Positions 38,400-47,946 of a DNA stretch of 64,000 nucleotides are shown here, piece after piece. The stretch lies in IMG/VR virus record IMGVR_UViG_3300050120_000309, positions 31,912 through 95,911 of that record; one strand, 5' to 3'. Both the position numbers and the translations under genes were made by a program. The notes under the pieces are model-generated. The model worked only from the letters and a program-made list of their open reading frames with translations. It was not told the DNA's origin and ran no database searches. The stretch's first letter is position 1; each line of letters starts with the position of its first letter. This DNA is from a virus.

Positions 38400-38626
38400 G
38401 CTCAGGACGACTCCCTGAATGATGCAAAGATTCTGTGCAGCGGGCTTCAAGTCTGCTGCACAGATTTCTGCATGTAAACACCGAAAACAGGGTGTTTCAA
38501 ACCGAGCATTGGGACTTACGTGACGGAATCAGGTCTTTTCCTGATCGAATTGCCCGACCTAGTATAGGAGAATCAGGCTCACGTCCCGGATTCGCTCTTT
38601 GGAAACTGGAAACTGAGGCCTTAGAA

Positions 38627-39373
38627 ATGGCTATTACAGCCCTCGAATTATCCCTCATCGCAGTGCCTCTCGGACTACGTCACGGGTTCGATTACGATCA
38701 CCTCGCGGCGATCGCAGACATCTCAAGTCTCCAGACCAACTGGAAGCAGGGAATGAAGCTTGGGTTGCTCTACGCACTCGGTCATGCCCTGACTCTATTC
38801 ATCCTCGCAGCACCAATCTTGCTGTTCGGCATCCATATTCCAGCGCTTCGATTCCCCTTGGCTGATCGCCTGGTCGGAATCACGCTGATCGTGATGTCAC
38901 TTTGCATCTTCATAAGTGTGGTCAGGAACAAGCATTCTCATGCTGCTCCAACCAGTCGCATTGCGATGCTAGTGACCTGGACGCAATGGGCAGCGTGGCG
39001 TATTCGGGCCTGGATGGGTTCCGATGCATTACCACCTGTCCCGTTCAGATTCACCTATGATCGTGGTTCGGTCTTTGTAGTCGGCATTATTCATGGCCTC
39101 GGTGCCGAGACACCCAGTCAGCTCGCTCTGTTCATGCTCACCGCCCAAGTTGGCGGAGCAGCCATGGGCGTGGTTGGACTCTTGTGTTTTCTCGCTGGCC
39201 TATTAGCCATGAATACGTTCATGACGGCCACAGCCTCGGGCCTCAAAACCTCGAGTCTGCGTGCCCCATGGATGAATCGGGGATTCAACCTGTTGGTGGC
39301 CAGCTATAGCCTGGCTGCCGGCGTGATCTTCGCAGCAGCGCTGGCTGACAAACTCCCGCCATTGGGACACTAG
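38627..39373 (+). CDS. HoxN/HupN/NixA (NiCoT) family nickel/cobalt transporter
   Basis: GLRHGFDYDHL (the RHAxDxDH signature), ALGH and GIIHGLG motifs; six to seven TM helices; GAGG RBS before ATG 38627. Confidence 0.8.
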   Translation: MAITALELSLIAVPLGLRHGFDYDHLAAIADISSLQTNWKQGMKLGLLYALGHALTLFILAAPILLFGIHIPALRFPLADRLVGITLIVMSLCIFISVVRNKHSHAAPTSRIAMLVTWTQWAAWRIRAWMGSDALPPVPFRFTYDRGSVFVVGIIHGLGAETPSQLALFMLTAQVGGAAMGVVGLLCFLAGLLAMNTFMTATASGLKTSSLRAPWMNRGFNLLVASYSLAAGVIFAAALADKLPPLGH

Positions 39374-39380
39374 GAGCAAT

Positions 39381-39650
39381 ATGCGAGAGATTCATGAACC
39401 TTTAGATTCTGATGGAAGTAAGATTCGTCAAGGCGTGATTGCCACAATAGAAGCACTCAGCAAAGTTGACTTTAGCGCATACACCTTGCAGGGCAACCAC
39501 GGTGGGATCGTCAAGATGGCAAAGGTATGCTGTCCGAAAGACTTTCCAAGTTCAGTGGTAGAAGCTGTGACCAAACGTGTCATCTCAGCATTGGGATTTG
39601 ATTCTCTCGACTTCGTTGAGTTGGAAACCAACTCAGGATTCATTCAGTAG
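39381..39650 (+). CDS. Hypothetical protein
   Basis: 89 aa, AGGAG RBS. Confidence 0.55.
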   Translation: MREIHEPLDSDGSKIRQGVIATIEALSKVDFSAYTLQGNHGGIVKMAKVCCPKDFPSSVVEAVTKRVISALGFDSLDFVELETNSGFIQ

Positions 39651-39662
39651 ATTCGGAGCAGT

Positions 39663-39920
39663 ATGAACGATACGCCACAAGCCCGACATGAACGTGATGT
39701 ACGTGCAGCTATCCTATTGATAATGCAAGGTTTTACGAACTTTGACTTCACCGCAACAGCGCATCCTTGGATCAGACTAAGTATGGTATGGTGGGCCGGC
39801 GCTAACCTTCGAGACATTTCTCATGACGTTATTTATGAAGCTTTGGATCGTTGTTACATCTGCCTTGGCTATACAGACCAAGTTGATCCTTTGCAAGCTT
39901 TGGCTCCAACTGCCCCATAG
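39663..39920 (+). CDS. Hypothetical protein, possible distant paralog of 39381-39650
   Basis: Similar pattern VR.AI......DF.A...V.EA..R....LG...D. Confidence 0.5.
   Translation: MNDTPQARHERDVRAAILLIMQGFTNFDFTATAHPWIRLSMVWWAGANLRDISHDVIYEALDRCYICLGYTDQVDPLQALAPTAP
39898..39906 (+). promoter_or_regulatory. CTTTGGCTC promoter-like box
   Basis: Exact copy; CAATCT lies 17 nt after TTGGCT; gene start at 39954. Confidence 0.7.
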
Positions 39921-39953
39921 GTCAATCTGAGACTGCAATCCCCGGAGGATTCA

Positions 39954-40526
39954 GTGTCAAAGCATAACGACCAGAAGCAGGAAGGCCTGCCCCGCAGCAA
40001 ATCGTCCCGTCAGAAGCTTCGCCGGTGGTCATTCATCACTCGCATGAAGATGGAAACCGGTGACGTTCAGACTCATCAGTTGCCCGGACTGTCGTACGGC
40101 AACTCCGCCCAGGCCCAGCAGACTGCTGATGATCTGCTCGCGCAGTTCAAACAGCATGAAGGCGCGCCACAAGACGTCACCCTCATCCCAGTTGGTCATG
40201 AGACCATCTCGGAAACGACCATGCGTCAGCTCAATGGGCTGCAGGCACAGGTCAATCTCATCACCAAGGCAGCATTCATCTTGGCTGAGAAGTTCAGACT
40301 GGCAAGCACCACCGACAAGTCCATTGAGGATCTGGTTGGTGAGGCTTCCAATCAGGCCCGCGCGCACCTGTTCCCACGTTGGGCAGAAGCGCAGGCCAAA
40401 ATCAACGACCTGGACGTCGAAGCCGTCACCTCAGTTGAGGCAGATGTTGTTGCACCGAAGGCCAAGCGTAAGCTCGGTATCGATGCAGTCAATGCGATCC
40501 TCAATAACCCAGTCGAAGTCGACTGA
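39954..40526 (+). CDS. Hypothetical protein
   Basis: 190 aa, GGAGG RBS. Confidence 0.7.
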   Translation: MSKHNDQKQEGLPRSKSSRQKLRRWSFITRMKMETGDVQTHQLPGLSYGNSAQAQQTADDLLAQFKQHEGAPQDVTLIPVGHETISETTMRQLNGLQAQVNLITKAAFILAEKFRLASTTDKSIEDLVGEASNQARAHLFPRWAEAQAKINDLDVEAVTSVEADVVAPKAKRKLGIDAVNAILNNPVEVD

Positions 40527-40556
40527 GCCAAGACTTTACGCTAATAGCTATAACCC

Positions 40557-40582
40557 AAGACCCCTGAGAAATCAGGGGTTTT
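40557..40582 (+). terminator. Intrinsic terminator
   Basis: AAGACCCCTGA-GAAA-TCAGGGGTTTT. Confidence 0.75.
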
Positions 40583-40619
40583 CCTATGCCCCTCTCAACC
40601 ATTGTCAGGAGAACGAATC

Positions 40620-41087
40620 ATGCCACTTGCGCAAGAATTAGAGCAGAAGATCGATACGGTTATCGGTCAGTTCAGCAAAAGCGGTCCGGTCTCCTGGCTG
40701 TCCACTCAAGTCAAGTCCTCTCGTAAAGCATTAGCTCTACGCAGCCTCGAAGGAACGCTGGCCAAGGTCATTACCACGGCCAACGGTCATCGCAAACAGA
40801 ATGTGAAGAAGCACTCCGCCGTGTATGCAGCCCTCTGGCTCACTGCCAAGGACGAGATCGCGGCCTATTGCCTCAAACAGGATGCGACCTTCGACGATGT
40901 ATACGCCCAGATGCCAGCTCTCAAAGAGCTGGAGCTATGGGCTGAGCCCGCACCTCCCAAGCAGTCGCCGATCGCACTCACTGTGCTCGGAGTAGCAGCC
41001 TGGGTTGGTGGAGCATTCGGCATCGGCGTTCTCATTGCCGTGACGGAGATGTTTTACAAGTGGGGCCATCACCTCATCGCACGATAA
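40620..41087 (+). CDS. Protein with C-terminal membrane anchor
   Basis: AGGAG RBS; C-terminal hydrophobic helix. Confidence 0.65.
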   Translation: MPLAQELEQKIDTVIGQFSKSGPVSWLSTQVKSSRKALALRSLEGTLAKVITTANGHRKQNVKKHSAVYAALWLTAKDEIAAYCLKQDATFDDVYAQMPALKELELWAEPAPPKQSPIALTVLGVAAWVGGAFGIGVLIAVTEMFYKWGHHLIAR

Positions 41088-41094
41088 GGACACC

Positions 41095-41313
41095 ATGGAA
41101 ATCTTCACGATCGTTCTCAACGTCCTGTTTGGCTGCAAGCATTCCGAGAATTGGATGACACGCCCGTTCACCGACATCAAAGGTGTGACGTACGCCAACT
41201 GCCTGAAGTGTGGCACCCGGCGTCTCTACGATATGGACGCTGGCTGCTATTACACAGAGCGCTCCGGCAAGCCCAAGCTGAAGGTTGTCCCCAATACCCG
41301 CATCGCAGCATAG
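41095..41313 (+). CDS. Small Zn-binding protein (LFGCxH...CLxCG type)
   Basis: LNVLFGCKH...TYANCLKCG...YD. Confidence 0.65.
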   Translation: MEIFTIVLNVLFGCKHSENWMTRPFTDIKGVTYANCLKCGTRRLYDMDAGCYYTERSGKPKLKVVPNTRIAA

Positions 41314-41321
41314 GAGCAGTC

Positions 41322-41651
41322 ATGTTCGGATCAGTGATGTTCGGTGCCCTCATCTTTGAGGCGGGCACATGGCTGGGCTTCGGAGTCTCGAAGTTCGGCT
41401 CTCGCGATAAGAACCAGAACATCCTGATCAATGGCTATGACGCTCGGCGATCCATTGCCGGCGTCGATGGCATGCTGGCCAAGAAGTCCACGCATGCTAC
41501 CAAATGGCAGCGTACAGCGGCCGAGCGCCTGGGTCAGATGATCCGGGCGTTCGTCAATACTCGGGCCTTCGAGCTCCTGCTGCTGCAGAAGATCAGCGAA
41601 GCATGGCCGGGCAAGAAGCAACTCGATGAGGAGGTCAACCTCTTTGTCTAG
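41322..41651 (+). CDS. Membrane-anchored hypothetical protein
   Basis: AGGAG RBS; N-terminal hydrophobic segment. Confidence 0.55.
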   Translation: MFGSVMFGALIFEAGTWLGFGVSKFGSRDKNQNILINGYDARRSIAGVDGMLAKKSTHATKWQRTAAERLGQMIRAFVNTRAFELLLLQKISEAWPGKKQLDEEVNLFV

Positions 41652-41764
41652 GCTTCAGCAACTGCATACAGGCATGTCAAACGTCGCCGCCGGCTTCAGT
41701 TGGGTGGGCCTCATTGGGCTCGCCTACTTCTACTACCGCTGCATCATGCCTCACTAAGGACACC

Positions 41765-42415
41765 ATGAAACATCTTGATGGTCTAACTGACAGACCAGCC
41801 ATCAAGATCGTGGGTCAGATGAAAGATCTGACTAACAGACGATCAGGTAAGTTGGTATCTCTTCGACCTGTAGCACGTAATGAGCAAGGCAACGTCCTTT
41901 GGGAATGCCGTTGCGATTGTGGACGCTATTTGGATGTCGTTGGAGCGCAGCTTCTTAGACCAAACAGGCCTACGAGATCATGCGGATGCTACAAAGACGA
42001 AGTCATGTCTCAACGCTATGGCCTTCCGACAGGTAAAGGTTTGGCCTCCGGAGAAGCCGCACGCAATCAGGTCTTGATCGGCTACAAACGTCACGCCAAG
42101 CGACGAGACAACCCCTGGACGCTAACCGCTGAGCAAGCATTCGCACTCTTCGAAGGGGTTTGTCACTACTGTGGTATCCCACCCTTCCGTGAGCGAACTA
42201 ATACTCTCGATACAGGCCGCAAGGGCATGAGCGGATCCTACAAGTACAACGGGATCGATCGTGTTGATAACAGGCTGGGCTATACAGCTGAGAATACCGT
42301 GAGCTGTTGCTCTCATTGCAATATGGCCAAACGACAACTCCCATATCACGAGTTCATTGCTTGGATTCACAGAGCTGCAAAGCATCTTCGAAAGCGAGGC
42401 CGACAATTACTCTAA
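41765..42415 (+). CDS. HNH homing endonuclease
   Basis: WECRCDCG..SCGC N-terminal domain; CHYCG..NGIDRVDN..GY..EN.VSCC..CN..K. Confidence 0.9.
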   Translation: MKHLDGLTDRPAIKIVGQMKDLTNRRSGKLVSLRPVARNEQGNVLWECRCDCGRYLDVVGAQLLRPNRPTRSCGCYKDEVMSQRYGLPTGKGLASGEAARNQVLIGYKRHAKRRDNPWTLTAEQAFALFEGVCHYCGIPPFRERTNTLDTGRKGMSGSYKYNGIDRVDNRLGYTAENTVSCCSHCNMAKRQLPYHEFIAWIHRAAKHLRKRGRQLL

Positions 42416-42747
42416 CTCCTACTGCACAATCGTCCGCCATCGCAGGCTTTGCGCTGTGGCTGGTTGGCTGGGCTACATTCTTCAAGATGCATGCCATCCC
42501 TGTCATTGGTAAGTTCGTCAATCAGGAGAACGCTACAGCCTGGATTGCCAAGAACAAAGTCCTCACCATGCTTATCACCGAGATCTTCAACTTTGGTGTG
42601 CATGGCATCAGTAATCCAGCAAGTGTGACGTTTGCACTCGGTGGCACAGCGTTCAACACGCTGATGATCTTCATCATTCTTCCTGTGACTCAGTGGTCCA
42701 AGAAGCGGCGCTCACACCACGACATACTACAAGGAGTACCAGCATGA
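42307..42747 (+). CDS. Membrane protein (start uncertain)
   Basis: Three hydrophobic helices in the 3' two-thirds; the 5' part overlaps the HNH gene. Confidence 0.5.
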   Translation: MLSLQYGQTTTPISRVHCLDSQSCKASSKARPTITLTPTAQSSAIAGFALWLVGWATFFKMHAIPVIGKFVNQENATAWIAKNKVLTMLITEIFNFGVHGISNPASVTFALGGTAFNTLMIFIILPVTQWSKKRRSHHDILQGVPA

Positions 42748-42914
42748 AACTACTCGCAGTCATGGCATTCATCTACACAGCTGTGATCAAAACCGCGGTC
42801 CTGCTGGTTGCTCTGTTCCTCGGTTCATTGGCCGTCGTAGGCCTCTACGATCTATTCATACTGCCCTTCGTGAGTGCATATCACCGCGCCCTGAGGGAAA
42901 GGAGGGTTGGTTGA
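42744..42914 (+). CDS. Small membrane protein
   Basis: AAGGAG RBS; hydrophobic. Confidence 0.55.
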   Translation: MKLLAVMAFIYTAVIKTAVLLVALFLGSLAVVGLYDLFILPFVSAYHRALRERRVG

Positions 42915-43101
42915 AAGCCTTAGGCTTATTCATTCTCCGTCTCCTGTTCATTGCAGCTTATTCCGTCGTTGTTGGCCTACTGACAGGCTGGCTATGGAAC
43001 AAGTTCATGGAACATCAGTACAGCAAGCTCGGTCGCTCCGCGCGCTACGTCCAGCCCATCGCAGCATAAACTCATCCATCTCAGATCTGAAGGAGCATCA
43101 C

Positions 43102-43323
43102 ATGTTCAAGTTGCTTGGCGCCATTGCATTCGGCATTCTCTCCGTCTTCGGAGTTACCTACCTCATCCTCAAGAAACAAGAGGATAAAGCTATCGCCAAT
43201 CAGATCGATTGCCATGTCTTCAACTTCCTGAAGACGATCCAGCGCGGCGTCACCGGCTTCGTTGGTACGGTCAAAGATCAGATCCAGACCGGACCGCTCC
43301 CTGTTGAGGTACCGGTTAGCTAG
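43102..43323 (+). CDS. Small single-TM protein
   Basis: AAGGAG RBS; N-terminal TM helix. Confidence 0.6.
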   Translation: MFKLLGAIAFGILSVFGVTYLILKKQEDKAIANQIDCHVFNFLKTIQRGVTGFVGTVKDQIQTGPLPVEVPVS

Positions 43324-43449
43324 ATTGAAACCCTTCCTGTTCCTCCTGGGCCTCATCGTGGTGCTCGCAGGTTTGCTGGGCACCACGATACGCAATCAGA
43401 ACAAGCTGATGAGACGCTTCGTCGGCGTGAAACAGCACGAGGTATTCGC

Positions 43450-43641
43450 ATGAAGATTCTCTGTGGCCTATTGATCATGATAGGCGGCATCTGGTTGTTC
43501 GTGAAGACAGATCGGAAGGGCGAAGCATTCTGGGCTGGCGTGACATTCTTATGTGGCCTGCTCATTACCCTGGCTACACCATTGCCTGAAGGATCCAGCT
43601 TCACAGTCACGAATGGAGAGTTCATCCCCATTCAACCGTAA
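43450..43641 (+). CDS. Small two-TM protein
   Basis: GAGG RBS; two hydrophobic helices. Confidence 0.55.
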   Translation: MKILCGLLIMIGGIWLFVKTDRKGEAFWAGVTFLCGLLITLATPLPEGSSFTVTNGEFIPIQP

Positions 43642-43656
43642 CGATAGGAGTTACCT

Positions 43657-44058
43657 ATGAAGACCGTTCTGGCCTTCTGGGCCGCGACCATCGTGTTCCT
43701 CTCAGGGCTTTTACTCTGGAGAAATAAGCGCAAATACCCCGGCAAACGGGCTGTTTGGCTGATCACCAAATCCTTCACAGAATTGACAATCGTAGTTGTG
43801 TCTGCACTTCGTATGCCCGCATTGCTGGTGGCCTGGATCACGTTGTGGATCACGCGCCCCATCAAGGAGCCTTGGCTCCGTACCACTGTGGGCGTACTGC
43901 TAGCCATAGGGCTCGGCTACCTCGCAGTAGTTGCCATGGAAGTGATCCTGTTACTTTCCGTCTTCTCGATCGACGAGATCACCGGAGAGGAAAACGGTTT
44001 CCTGAGGAACTACAAGCACGCGCGGCAGTCAGCTCAATCTCGTCCCGTGGCGGCATAA
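43657..44058 (+). CDS. Membrane protein
   Basis: AGGAG RBS; three hydrophobic helices. Confidence 0.6.
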   Translation: MKTVLAFWAATIVFLSGLLLWRNKRKYPGKRAVWLITKSFTELTIVVVSALRMPALLVAWITLWITRPIKEPWLRTTVGVLLAIGLGYLAVVAMEVILLLSVFSIDEITGEENGFLRNYKHARQSAQSRPVAA

Positions 44059-44338
44059 GCATGCGCGTTGGAATTCTCGGCAACTCTATACTCACCAGCA
44101 CTCTGATGAGTCGAATCCTTTCGAACGATCAACCGGAACACATCACTGTGATCCGAGAACCGGAGCCCGAATTGCCACCTATCTTTGGTATGTCTTCAAT
44201 GGACCACATGTTTCGCGGCGGTCGCACCAACGTCGAGGACGCTGCACAGGGCCTGATGGCTCGCAGCAATCGTATCAAGGGCAAGCGTAGCGCTTCGCAT
44301 CGCGCCCGCTCCAACAAGCGCAAAGCCAACAACTAGCC

Positions 44339-44713
44339 ATGAACACTCAGAACCTCCTCAAGGTTCGTCAGGCCATCCTCCAGAACCCTATGGAGTTCAG
44401 TATCTCGGTGCATCACCTGGATACGGAGGATGGCAGAGTTGTTCACGATATCGGAGGCTGGGCTGATGCCCTGTTCCTCCCCAACTGGCGCGTCACACAC
44501 CTCGAGCATCCAGAACGTCGTCTCGATCGCGCTGCCAATCTCCTCGGTCTCAACAGAGCTATGGCTCAGAGACTCATGTGCCCCTTCCAATGGCCAGCAC
44601 ACCTACGCGTTGAGCTTCTCAGGCTCGAAGATCTGCACGATTGCCTTCAGATCGCTACGCTCACCGCTGCTCGTATCGAGCACTTCATCGGAACGGATGG
44701 CTACGACGCATGA
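44339..44713 (+). CDS. Hypothetical protein, paralog of 44913-45479
   Basis: MN...L......IL..P N-terminus, A..LL.L and WP motifs shared. Confidence 0.6.
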   Translation: MNTQNLLKVRQAILQNPMEFSISVHHLDTEDGRVVHDIGGWADALFLPNWRVTHLEHPERRLDRAANLLGLNRAMAQRLMCPFQWPAHLRVELLRLEDLHDCLQIATLTAARIEHFIGTDGYDA

Positions 44714-44912
44714 AGAATACTCTCAGGTTCTTCCTGGACACCACTGGAACTGAGCCACAACTCAGCATTGGCCAATCCATTGGAGAAGAGTCGATCGTGT
44801 TCTCAGTCAAGGACTCTGCTGCGGTGATCGCCGAGATCATGACTCTATCGGCAATGTCGGACATGGGTTTGTGCGAGAAGTATGTTCGAACAGAAGTTGA
44901 GGTCACCTACGA

Positions 44913-45479
44913 ATGAACATCGAACGATTACATCTTCTCAAAGCGCAAATCCTTGCCGAGCCCCAGCATTATGAACAGCACACCTGGGGCGGTGTATACG
45001 CAGACGTAGAGGAAGAGCTCCTTGAGACAGACAAAGGCAGTCTGCTGGATATGTTTCGTCTTCGGCTGAAGCTTGATGGGCTTACGAGTACTGAGAATAG
45101 CCCTCTTTTCCCAACTGCTGAAAAGCCTCTGTGTGGAACAGCATGCTGTATGGCTGGCACAGCTTATGCGATGTTTGACTTCTCAAGCTTCCTGTCTGAA
45201 TTGGACCTTGGACATGGACTCGGAAACTCTGTATATGCTGCACGGTTATTGCTTGATTTGACCGATTCAGAAGCTGGGTTTCTGTTCTCATTACCTTACG
45301 GCTGGCCTGCGCCATTCAACATGCACTACCAAGCTGCGACAACACCATTCGCGGCAGCGACGGTCGGCGCTGCCGTCATCGACTACCTGATTGCCCATCC
45401 TGGGTTGTCTCATGCTGAGTATTTCGGTTGGGATTTGGATACTGCGATCAAGGAATGTGATGAGGAGATTCCCTTCTAA
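44913..45479 (+). CDS. Hypothetical protein (CGTxxCxAG type)
   Basis: CGTACCMAG...ARLLLDL...LF..WP. Confidence 0.65.
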   Translation: MNIERLHLLKAQILAEPQHYEQHTWGGVYADVEEELLETDKGSLLDMFRLRLKLDGLTSTENSPLFPTAEKPLCGTACCMAGTAYAMFDFSSFLSELDLGHGLGNSVYAARLLLDLTDSEAGFLFSLPYGWPAPFNMHYQAATTPFAAATVGAAVIDYLIAHPGLSHAEYFGWDLDTAIKECDEEIPF

Positions 45480-45820
45480 TGAGTCTCTTTCAATGTGACA
45501 ACTGCGGGGTGTGTGAAAACACATCCTGCAGTAACGCGAGTCACGCCTACCATAACAACCATCTTTTCAAGGGTGAGAACGCCCGTTTGGCCATTGAGTC
45601 CTACCGGATAGTCCTTGGTCTACCTGTGGGAGCGGCACTTGGCGCCTACTGCAGTGTCTGTACTCCGTTCTGGTTTACGGCGAAGGGTGACCTGGGTATA
45701 GGTCCCAACCCAGATCCACGGCCCGGATCAGGTGTATGGCATAACCGGTTCCCGATGGAGTTCTTTCCCAAGGGCACCATGAGGACGGACCAGAACGGTA
45801 ACCTAGCTGTACGTACCTGA
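45479..45820 (+). CDS. Cys-rich small phage protein
   Basis: MSLFQCDNCGVCENT...CSVC...G.WH..F. Confidence 0.65.
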   Translation: MSLFQCDNCGVCENTSCSNASHAYHNNHLFKGENARLAIESYRIVLGLPVGAALGAYCSVCTPFWFTAKGDLGIGPNPDPRPGSGVWHNRFPMEFFPKGTMRTDQNGNLAVRT

Positions 45821-45837
45821 TTAGGTAAATGTATAAG

Positions 45838-45871
45838 AAAGGCCCTGTCTATTGGCAGGGCCTTTGTGTTT
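45838..45871 (+). terminator. Intrinsic (possibly bidirectional) terminator
   Basis: AAAGGCCCTGTC-TATT-GGCAGGGCCTTT-GTGTTT. Confidence 0.75.
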
Positions 45872-46194
45872 CAGGTGACCCTCATGACGCTCGATTACAT
45901 CTTTGATCAGGTAGATTCTCTCAATCTGATGCACGAATTCTTTGTTCAGTACTTGGAAGGTGCCGATAGAAAATCAGGCATCTTTCATTGGCGAGATCTA
46001 ACTATTCCTGAGATACCTGAGTATCTCAATCGAATCAGCAAATCAAAGGATATGGCTCATAGTACGTGGAGACAGCTGCAGAAATCTCTGCGCTGGCTAG
46101 TGCTATGCGCCTATGACAATCAGATTTGTAGTTTACCTGAACACTGGTTTGTTGAAACCAATACACGCGATCGCCGTACGTTGTGGTGTGTTGA

Positions 46195-46587
46195 GTGGAA
46201 AGAGACCGCGATTGCAACCATAGCAGTCAGACGAATGACTCCGGACAATGCGTCCGACGAAAGGATTCAAGAATGGGTTCAGCTTACAAGAACAAAGAAC
46301 TTGCTACAACAGGCCAGGAAAATGATCGCAAGGCCCGCTCGACAGAGATTGCGAAACGTGGGATCAACACCACAGGCGAACTCGTTGAGTTTGCGAGCGC
46401 CCTTATTACTGACATCATGACCGGTCGAGTCTCCTATGAGACTGCAACCGCCGCAATTCGTGCAAGTGAGAATATCTTGCGCGGAGTCATAATCAACTAC
46501 CGGTTTGGCAATGTTCCGCTGAAAGATACTGGTAAGAAGAATGCAAAGATCTTGACATTGGTTCCAGACCCATGTCCACCTAAGTAG
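46195..46587 (+). CDS. Hypothetical helical protein
   Basis: Amphipathic helical C-terminal part; start uncertain; overlaps ORF 45866-46420. Confidence 0.45.
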   Translation: MERDRDCNHSSQTNDSGQCVRRKDSRMGSAYKNKELATTGQENDRKARSTEIAKRGINTTGELVEFASALITDIMTGRVSYETATAAIRASENILRGVIINYRFGNVPLKDTGKKNAKILTLVPDPCPPK

Positions 46588-46631
46588 TTTACTGGATGGT
46601 GGCTGCAACCTTATAGGGAGAAGATCATAGC

Positions 46632-47462
46632 ATGCCCAGGAAAGGTGACCGGCCTAAGCCGAAGCTGCATATTGCAGTTCTGATGGCTGAAGCATTAGCT
46701 GCCAGAAACGGCGGTGTACTTCCTTCTATGACCTACTTGTTTGTAAATGAGTACAAACAAGTCGCATCCGCCATATACCGACATCCTGATGCATTTGTGC
46801 ATATAAAACAGGAGAGTTTGTACGCCCATCGCAAGTATTCAGCTTCCGGTTGGGTCAAAGAGGCAGAAGAACTTGCAGCAGAAAATGGCGGTTTGCTTCC
46901 TAGCTCTAAGTGGTTGATAGGTAATGGCTATGTCACTCTTGTTTCCAAATTGACGAGATTTCCCGATCGATTCAAGCACATACCACGTCATATGCTCCAG
47001 ATCACGAGAACTCCAGAGGAATGGGTGCTCGTTGCTCAGAGACTAGCCGAAGAGAATAACGGCATCCTGGACTATCACAACGTGATGGCAAACCACCATG
47101 GTTTGTACAATGTGATGCTCAGGAATCGATCGTTGTTCTCTCATATACCGCTTTTTGTGAATCGTAAATTGCCAATCACAGCTGCGGAGTGGGTTCCAAT
47201 TGCAGAAATGATGGCAAATGAGAACAACGGCATGCTGCAGCACGCAGGCTGGTTACTAAAGAACGAGTACACAGGTCTATGTGCTGCTTTGTATCGCTTC
47301 CCAGAACTATTCACACACATTGTTCAGCCTGTATTGGAATGCATTAGGGGAGATTACTCCCTGCTTGGTCTTCGAGGCGGAACTAAAGCTCAACGTGATC
47401 GTGTTATGGACCGATATTTGAACTTCACCCAAGATAAGCTTCAGGAGATATTCAATGGCTAG
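46632..47462 (+). CDS. Tandem-repeat protein (four units of about 55-58 aa)
   Basis: Repeats of (W)V..A..(L/M)A..N.G.L.....F.HI. Confidence 0.7.
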   Translation: MPRKGDRPKPKLHIAVLMAEALAARNGGVLPSMTYLFVNEYKQVASAIYRHPDAFVHIKQESLYAHRKYSASGWVKEAEELAAENGGLLPSSKWLIGNGYVTLVSKLTRFPDRFKHIPRHMLQITRTPEEWVLVAQRLAEENNGILDYHNVMANHHGLYNVMLRNRSLFSHIPLFVNRKLPITAAEWVPIAEMMANENNGMLQHAGWLLKNEYTGLCAALYRFPELFTHIVQPVLECIRGDYSLLGLRGGTKAQRDRVMDRYLNFTQDKLQEIFNG

Positions 47463-47946
47463 TGCCGGTAAGGGAATATCAGATGCAGTCCGCAACGCCG
47501 TAGGCGAGTGGATGACCGACAAGACCTGCGACGTCCTCTTTCAGAAGCTTCAAACTGAAGGTGGAACGAACGGCTGGAACCTGAATCAGTTCCGTAATCG
47601 TGTGCGCGGAGCCGACAACTGGGTTCGGATCGTTCGATCCCGTGGTGTATCCGGCTGGCGCAGGACCTATTACACCAAGAGCTTTCCCAGTCGTGGTGTC
47701 ACACTCGAGGTCAACTCGAACGAAGCTGACGATCTCATTGAGTATGTGACTGTCAAGGCCAATGGCAAACCCATTGGGGGTGGCAAGGTCAAGGTGCCTT
47801 CGATGTTGGGGTCTCAAGCTGGCCGTAAGGCTGGGCTTGTACTCTCATTCACGGCATTCACCGATGACGAGCTCTTGGCCCTTCAGGCTGAGATGGAGCA
47901 CGGTGCAAGCAGCAATCACTTCCTGCTGGAGGAACGCATTGGCTGA
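47455..47946 (+). CDS. Hypothetical protein
   Basis: 163 aa, AGGAG RBS. Confidence 0.65.
   Translation: MASAGKGISDAVRNAVGEWMTDKTCDVLFQKLQTEGGTNGWNLNQFRNRVRGADNWVRIVRSRGVSGWRRTYYTKSFPSRGVTLEVNSNEADDLIEYVTVKANGKPIGGGKVKVPSMLGSQAGRKAGLVLSFTAFTDDELLALQAEMEHGASSNHFLLEERIG

Noticed and set aside
45866-46587. Possible programmed frameshift joining overlapping ORFs 45866-46420 and 46195-46587
   Set aside because: No clear slippery site was seen, and an independent start at about 46273 explains the overlap equally well.
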